NCBI GenBank assembly: GCA_040954595.2
Contig: CM082581.2
Location: forward strand, 4,952,699-5,016,698
Source of the DNA: Balanoglossus misakiensis
Lineage: Eukaryota; Animalia; Hemichordata
Direction: 5' to 3'
Length of the DNA stretch: 64,000 nt
Shown here: positions 56,801-64,000 of the stretch, piece after piece
Layout of the letters: each line of letters starts with the position of its first letter
Numbering within the stretch: the first letter of the stretch is position 1
Program-made: the position numbers and the translations under genes
Notes under the pieces: generated by a model
What the model saw: only the letters and a program-made list of their open reading frames with translations
Told to the model about the DNA's origin: nothing
The model's database searches: none

Positions 56801-59800
56801 AACCACGCCATGTCTCTAGTTGCCGAGAAATATTGGCGGGCAGCAAAGGCTATATCGCTGGTTATGTGGACCTGGTTCTCCCGGCATTCTTTGCATATTC
56901 TGGCCGGTGTCGCTTCGGCCCCTGTGAACGCCGACTCCCACGGAAATCTGGTGCCGGAATGGCCGTTGTCCTTAGCTCGTTTGCGCGCCAATTCTCTGCC
57001 GTGCCATCGATACGATAGAATGTCCTTGGCATGGTCGGGATAGAACATCAGTATCGGTGGGTACATCCACGTCTCGGTGTCCCAGAAGCTGTGCCCCTGA
57101 TAATCCGTGGCATTGGCGCCGTACGCCAGGCTGCCGGGACTAAGGCCGAAGAATTGGTTCTTTGGCTGGTTTGTCGGATACAGGCTCGGCAGAGAACTTA
57201 GAATGTAATACATAGAGCCGTGAATGTATTTGCCTAGTGTGAGATCGTCGACGTCTATCCCGCCATCTTTCCACCGCCTTGCCCACATGTGCATGTGCTT
57301 CTCGAACAGCGCCTTCTGTCCGTTGACTGGGTGGTTTTCGTCGGGTTCAGTTTTCAGCACTGTCATGGCGTCGTCGAAATCTTTTTTGGCGACACTCTCC
57401 AGCTGATCAATCGAGGTGATGTATGTCCATATTTGGCTGTGCGTGGTACCTGTGTTCACTGCCACCTTGTTTGGAAGGTCGGAGTAGAACACAGAGACGG
57501 GCGTTCTCGCGCTAAACGTGCCCGTTTTATCGTCATATAGCTCTGGCTGGTTAATCTTTCCACTCAGTTTCCTAAAAAAATAAAGTATGACATAAAGACC
57601 TTAGTAATTTTTTTAAAAGTGTATCAGAAATTAAGGAAGATGGTTTGGCCTTTCAAAATGTCAGATACCAAATATGCCAAACTACTTTCGGCTGGTAAAT
57701 ACCGTTGAAGCGTTAGTATACGTAAGCAGAGACTTTGGAAGAATACGATAACGGAATCCATAGCAAGGGCTTTACTTCCGATCCATGATGCTACACAAAA
57801 ACGAAGCTCTGGAAAATTTCACTATAGGACATGTAAAAATTCATAAGCAAACACATTAGTCAATCACCAATCGATTCATAAAGTGTCTCCAGAACCGCAC
57901 ACTGGTACATTGTACTGTTATTGCCATCACCAGACGCCCTTTCCGGTTGGCTCGGTCACTCTTTGTCTGTGGCTCAGTTGAAATTTCGATAACGTATACT
58001 TTGCAGTTGCCGTAAAAGAGGCCCGTTTGTATAAACGACGATGGGTCCATTCGCAACGAAAGCGTAGTCTCGGTTACCCAGACCCCCCTGCTTCTTCCGT
58101 TGGGCACTCCAGAAAGAGGGTCTGGGGAAACCCCATAGACAAATCTCCGGGCAAAGATGGCCGACCTGAGACAAATGCGAAAGGATAGACATTTCGAGGA
58201 AAGGCCAGAACACGGAACTCACCATGCTTTTCCATCGGGATGGTTGTACACCTCAGGTTCTAGAAAATGAATATCTTGACTGGTCAACCCTCCATTGTTC
58301 TCCAGCCTCATGGTAATGGTTTGGTTCAGCTTCGGACCGATTCTCATGAATTCGAGCTGAGTGACCAGCAGTCGATTGAAGTACTGGTGGGCGTATATGC
58401 TGACGATGACTACGAATTTGTCGTGGTTTATGATTTCCCTCCAAACCCCTGATTAAATATACGAAAATTGCAGCATATTGCTGTTGAGTGCATATTATAT
58501 AGATGTGTGTTTTCTCTCATTCAAACTGACGTCACAGTAAAGCCATAAGCATACCTCTTATAAAACCATCCGTAGCATGTGGAAATTCAAGACAATAGAA
58601 ACGATAGAACTGGGGGGTTTAGTATTAAAGTACATTATTTGTAAAATAATATAGTTTCATGACACATCCCATGTGACAAAATTCAGTCAACCGGTGTTAA
58701 GAATGTTGGACGACGAAAACAGCGGATTACCTTGCTCAGTGTTCAATATAAATCGTCTTGAGATGTCTTGTTCGATTTCTCGGTCAAAAAATACACGAAT
58801 GGCATTTTTAGACGGGATCGCAGCGCGATGACTGAAACCTGCATAACAAGATGAGTGAAAACTTAATACACTGGAACGTACACGAAGCGAAATTATTTCT
58901 GTCAGCGGTGCCATTATATTCGCATTATCACTATCAACATGTTGTTGTAAACGGGATGTAGTTATACCAACCAAAGGTTTTCTGTTTTGTGTCTTGTATA
59001 TTACTCAGTAAAATGTCGTACCTTCCAAACCATTGTATATACCATTGACGTAAGTGGTGTTGCTGTAGATTACAGTAGCAACGTGTCCATTTCCCACCGA
59101 TGCCATTGTTCTTGTGTCGATTTCACCACTGGCCAGTAACGGTAGTCTAAAAAATTGCATTTTACAAATAAAACGCTTTAATTGCATGAACTCTGGGAAA
59201 ACTAATAGCAACAGAATGACACGACAAAATGTGTTAAGTGAAAATGCGATATCATCAGAGTCTGTTCCTTTCTAAATCTACCAAACTGACATGCACAGAA
59301 ACTTACACACTATTAATATGTATGATATGAACCATTCTTGCAACATCAAAGCGTCATCCGAGTCTGACTATAGACGCCATATATAGTCACAATATTATGA
59401 AAGGAAACCCCAGTATTGTTTTTCCCACGTTTCACTCAATGTCCGCGACCAATCCAAAGTCTACAGCCGACAATATGACTATGAGTACAATGTACACTTC
59501 ACTGCAACACAGACCGCTTCGTTTACCAAACTGTTACTGCAACTGTCAGAACACGCTTAGTCAGATCACACAAACACTGGATCAACTTGAAGGATAATCA
59601 AAGACGCCTCAACTTACTCAAGAGACTCAAAGGTCGTTGACTTCTCACTGACGTCTTTTATTTCTCGTCTTGTCCTCTTCACAAGATCACGCAAAGACAA
59701 AAAGTCGCTCAATTTTGAATTCACTGATGATGTGTTTTGCATGTTTAGATAGGCGGTGATCACAAAAAACAACGTGATGCACACAGCGACCACGAAGATC

Positions 59801-59820
59801 CCAAACTTTCTTATTTTCAT
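53807..59820 (-). CDS. PGGHG: Protein-glucosylgalactosylhydroxylysine glucosidase (PGGHG/ATHL1, GH65) paralog B with intact active site; 9 coding exons: complement(join(53807..53949,55006..55306,55734..55966,56366..56578,56706..57571,58223..58448,58731..58838,59022..59146,59618..59820)), about 805 aa
   Basis: Canonical motifs present: [114 protein letters not shown]. Eight GT-AG introns with phases 2,1,1,2,1,1,0,1; 2418 nt total. An acceptor-like TTTTGCAG| lies 5 nt before the ATG, implying an upstream non-coding exon. Confidence 0.93.
58065..58133. repeat. Short imperfect inverted repeat in intron 4 of paralog B, possible transposon end remnant
   Basis: GGTTACCCAGACCC (58072-58085) pairs imperfectly with GGGTCTGGGGAAACC (58118-58132). 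Confidence 0.5.
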
Positions 59821-62593
59821 TTTTCCTGCAAAAGAAATAAAAGCGGAAATGACACAATTCGTACTAAAACCCGAAAGCGCGCTGGACGCTTTATTTGTAG
59901 TGTCAACCAAATCACTTACATTAAGTTTGGAACTTGGTATACTATAGTGGTTACGAGTATAACGTGTGCAACATAGCCAATGCATTTCGAAGGCACGCTG
60001 CGAAAAATGATGCCAATAATATCACTTCTCAATTATCTTCACTTTGCAACGTTTTCCTGTTGAAACTTTAGAATGATTGATGTTGAGGATGTAGCTTCGG
60101 ACGTTGCTCGATGACCCCGTTTTGAACCAAACCACGTGACGCTGAACCACGTCGGGTGATGCTATCCATTTTAATACCGTAGAATTACCAATACATTTCT
60201 GTCTCACTATGGAAAGTGTGTCTAAGAATGTTTTGAGGTGATGACATAGTCACCCACGAGGCGTCCAAGACGTCAGATTTTAGAGACTCGCACTTCTCTG
60301 TGGATATTTAGCTATGACGATCACTTGCTGCTTTTTTGCAATTTTGCTCAACTGTATGGCCGCACATATAGACCACAGTAACCTAGAGCTCTATATCTCG
60401 TCAACAGATATTTTCCAATAAATATATAATGTGGAAGAAAGATAAACACTGGACTTCTGCGTGTAGCTCAGTCAGCAGAATGGTGACGTGGGTGCGGGTC
60501 CTATATAGGTCACTCTTTTCTCGTAAAACCAAATCTCATCACAGACAGAATTAGGTTACTAAAACTTAAACATAAAACGAGAGTCGGGATAGAAATACAC
60601 GGATTCGGATGATTTTCGTTAAAATGCAGATAAATTTCGGACGGAACAGTTAATGACTGTAATATCTTCTGTATGCCGTAGAGGTAACATTCACTCCAAC
60701 ATCATTTGGCAGGCAAGCGTTATAATATTATCAGATAAATACTGATGTAGGCCTAAATGAAAACAGCTCTAAGTTATGTACCCGTATAGGCGTGTACCAA
60801 ATGCCTATAATTTCTTGGTGTTTACCACGCACAACCGTGACAGCACGAATAAAACTGAATGATTGGCTGTCTTCCACAATTCAAATCTGGAGAACCTCAA
60901 ATGACCTCTTGAACGGAGTGTTCAGACATAGGCATTGTTTGCAAATAAGGTCAATTCGTGACCCGTGGTGTGGACTTTATGATAACCACTGGCTGGCGGG
61001 ACAAACAGCTTTGTCTGTTTTCAAGAGTTGCTGTTGGAATGGAAGAGACTTGTCAGGAAACATCCAGTGAGCCACGTCCGCTCTGATTATGTCTCAAATC
61101 ATGTAGTCACCGCCGTGGCCACTATAGGATCTTCTTTGATATCGCTCAATAGATTTCGACTTCCTTTGAAATCGTCCATTCGATATTTCTAGGCTTCTAT
61201 TTCGCGGTCAGTGGGCTAAGGACGCACCGAAATCCTACTCTTTCTTTCTTTTGTTAAGGTTATATGCCTTGTAGCCTTCAATTCTCAGAGGTATTTCTAT
61301 AGCAACCGTTTCGCGTAAAACTATCACAGCCCCCAAAAATATCGTCAACATAAGGGGGCTTTACTGATTTCTATGCACGATTGCCCGCTCGGGACACAGT
61401 GAATGGTTACCTACCTCCAGGTATAGGTACACACCCACAGGAGCGAAGAATTCCGACTGCAAGGCCAGCCATTGGTCCCTCGAGCGATCACCCAGCACTG
61501 CACTGTGTCTTCACAAAATTGTGGACATGGTATATACACGAACTCGGACAACTATCCCTATTCACAGACGAAAGACCTGGTTGTTATGCCATATCGACGT
61601 ACAATGACCTGGCGAGCATATATACATGTATGTAAACACTCGACTGCTGACGACCTTGCCTGTCGCTAGAGGGCGCAAAACACGACGTCCTACCCAAGTC
61701 GGTGGTATAAATTAGGCATCAACATGGCATTTTTAACTTAAAAGACCTGTTAGGTGAAAATTATTGTATAATGGAATTTAAAAAATTCAGATAAAGAAAT
61801 TGATGTGCCTAAGTCCGAAATGTTTTAATATATGTTTCTCATTGACCGAGACAATGGAAAGTAAATGCTAAAAAGAAAGTAAATCAAGTAAACAACCAGC
61901 TTTATGTATCAGAAAAAGCAAGTAGGCAAGTTTGATTAACCTCTTTCTCAAAACTGTACAATGAAGAAAGTAAAACCTCAAAGCAGCACATGGACGGAGG
62001 AATTCAATTTGAATGAAGGTTTTAAAATGTTCTTTCCACTAAATTTCAACTTCACAGACGACACAGCAATGCAAAGTGTTCAATACAACATATTAACTCT
62101 ATCATAGATACAAATATAAGAATAAGAAACATGATTAATACAGCTATGCACTTTCTGTCACCTTTGCATAAATGGTAGCGTTCTATACAAATTCTGTTTC
62201 TTATTTGATTTTTATCGTGCCGTTTATAACAGCAAAAGTTGCAACCATAATAATAAAATTCCAAAAACAGTGAATTAAAAAAACATTTCGCATGTGGTGT
62301 TAAATAAAATACTTACAACAGTTTTGAAATGTTCATTATGATACATGTACTTATTTCGATAAAGAAATACCGTTTAAAGAATCTATGTAGCAATTAACCT
62401 ACGATGTCCAAAGAGCTGCCACCGTTGCATTATTCTCCAGACCTGATTTTACTTTCAAAATAAGTTTGGTTTATATATCTATGATTACCGGTGGACATAC
62501 ACATCATTGCCGTTGTGGCTTTACGTTTAAAGGTAAACAAGTAAATTGTTTTGTATTTACACAAATGCACACAATTCTTCATTGATATTGATA

Positions 62594-63937
62594 TTATTTT
62601 TTTTCTGAGGCATCGTTACTCTTGTACATTTTTGACGCTGTTAAAATTGCTTTAAGTATCGTGCTACGTACATACGCTTCTTTCGGTGCATCCTTGGACT
62701 TTTTCCTAAACCCACTTGAAACATCGTTGGCGATGGCAAACATCCTTTGTTTATCGATACCAAATTCATTAACAAGCATTTTCGTAAGACCGTCAACCTT
62801 CTTCTCTGCATCACCGGTTGTTAAACCCGCTACCAATTTGTCAAGATGGGTGATGATGACAAACACGGGAATGTTACGTCCTATGGTATAGATAAAATGT
62901 ATAGATCCATACTGACCAAGATCGCCACGTGTATGGTGTGGACCGACACCTACGGTAAAATCCATTTTACGACCGATAACATGTTCATCACTATTCAAAG
63001 CATTCTGTACTGTTTGATACCATAATCACATATGAACCATGAGTGGAGAATATACATTCATTCTGATTTCGTGCGGAAAAGAAAACTGAAATGCAGTCCC
63101 ATACCTTGCTGTTTAGCCGCTTTTAATGCTATCACGTTGAGCACATCGAGTTTTACATTTCCGTCCTGGATGCAAATCACGGCATGAATTTTAAGACGGT
63201 CACGGGCTGTCCGTGATGTTTGTGTCCCGATTCCTTTTCCTGGTTCCTGCTTTCCATCCAGTAGATTTTCCATCAGTTTACTTAGTTCTTCCCGATATTT
63301 CGGATCCATAGTCTGACCAGGTACATCCCATAAACAGAACGAAGACTTTCCGATGTCTAATACATTCCGTGTGTATACTGGAGTACCTGCTGCTGCCCTT
63401 GGGTATGTTTGTGCAATCGCAGTTTCAATTTGGAGAGACTTAAATTTAGAAGAGAAAAGTTGCTTTCAAATATCCACACTTAGTGAGGAATGTTAAAATA
63501 AACTGTACACAATTGATTGCTGGATACCAGGACCTCCATAGTATTTTTGCATCGAGATTGCTAGGTCGGATGACTATTTTCATCATAAATGAAATAGCTT
63601 ATCAAGCAATCATATTTCTCTATTCGCAAATCTTTTTTTTTTTGGGGGGGGGGCAACAGAGTCAACTAATGTAAAACGGGATGTTCTTTGGTGTAGCTGT
63701 GAAAAGGAAATCGATTGGTCGAAGAATTCACGTCACTTGGTTAAACATGTTTCAGTGAGGAGAAAGCTAAATAAAGTCAAAAGTTTGCGACTTAGGCGCC
63801 TTGAAGACGGTACTATAGTTTCGAGTAATCGCACACCACACTTACCTCGGCAATTGTGTTGATTGTAGCCGACTTTCCATGATTTGGAGCGCCGATCAAA
63901 ATAATGTTCTGTTCACAACAGTATTGTTCTAAATTTC
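62594..63937 (-). CDS. IFI44-like P-loop GTPase-domain protein, 3' part only (5' exons lie beyond the window): complement(join(62594..62880,63105..63438,63846..63937))
   Basis: The spliced translation gives NIILIGAPNHGKSATINTIAE (G1/Walker A), GTPVYT (G2-like), FCLWDVPG (G3), KIHAVICIQDG and NIPVFVIITHLDK (G4-like). Order and spacing resemble the GTPase-like domain of interferon-induced protein 44 family members. Junctions are GT-AG and in frame (phases 0 and 1). The family call is by motif recognition only. Confidence 0.75.
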
Positions 63938-64000
63938 CTACAGAAGACATAAAATCATTTCTTCAGATTCTGATAGAAAGCAAATATGAAAATATTTGTA

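Noticed and set aside
60459-60500. tRNA-like GCGTGTAGCTCAGTCAGCAGAA (A-box-like)
   Set aside because: No B-box (GTTCRA) or cloverleaf follows; at most a decayed SINE head.

Overview
Animal genomic DNA: AT-rich, intron-containing and microsatellite-rich. It is probably a marine invertebrate, but that is an inference. I could assemble four spliced genes by hand, all on the minus strand. (1) A two-exon NK1/slouch (Nkx1) homeobox gene at 7.6-11.6 kb, with about 32 kb of apparently gene-free sequence upstream of it (11.7-43.4 kb) carrying TAAT-rich putative enhancers and several non-autonomous inverted-repeat transposons. (2, 3) Two tandem nine-exon GH65 paralogs of PGGHG (protein-glucosylgalactosylhydroxylysine glucosidase) with identical intron phases. 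(4) The 3' part of an IFI44-like P-loop GTPase gene running off the right edge. The most notable observation concerns the GH65 pair. The copy at 53.8-59.8 kb keeps all catalytic motifs and has a type II signal anchor followed by a furin-type site. The copy at 44.0-51.6 kb has a fully intact reading frame but has lost both catalytic glutamates (PDE>PDT, WTE>WTN) and several sugar-binding residues, and it has a signal peptide plus a GPI-anchor-like C-terminus. It is therefore a candidate cell-surface GH65 pseudoenzyme paired with an active, sheddable enzyme. Gene models are hand-derived from splice signals and reading-frame continuity; no database searches were run.
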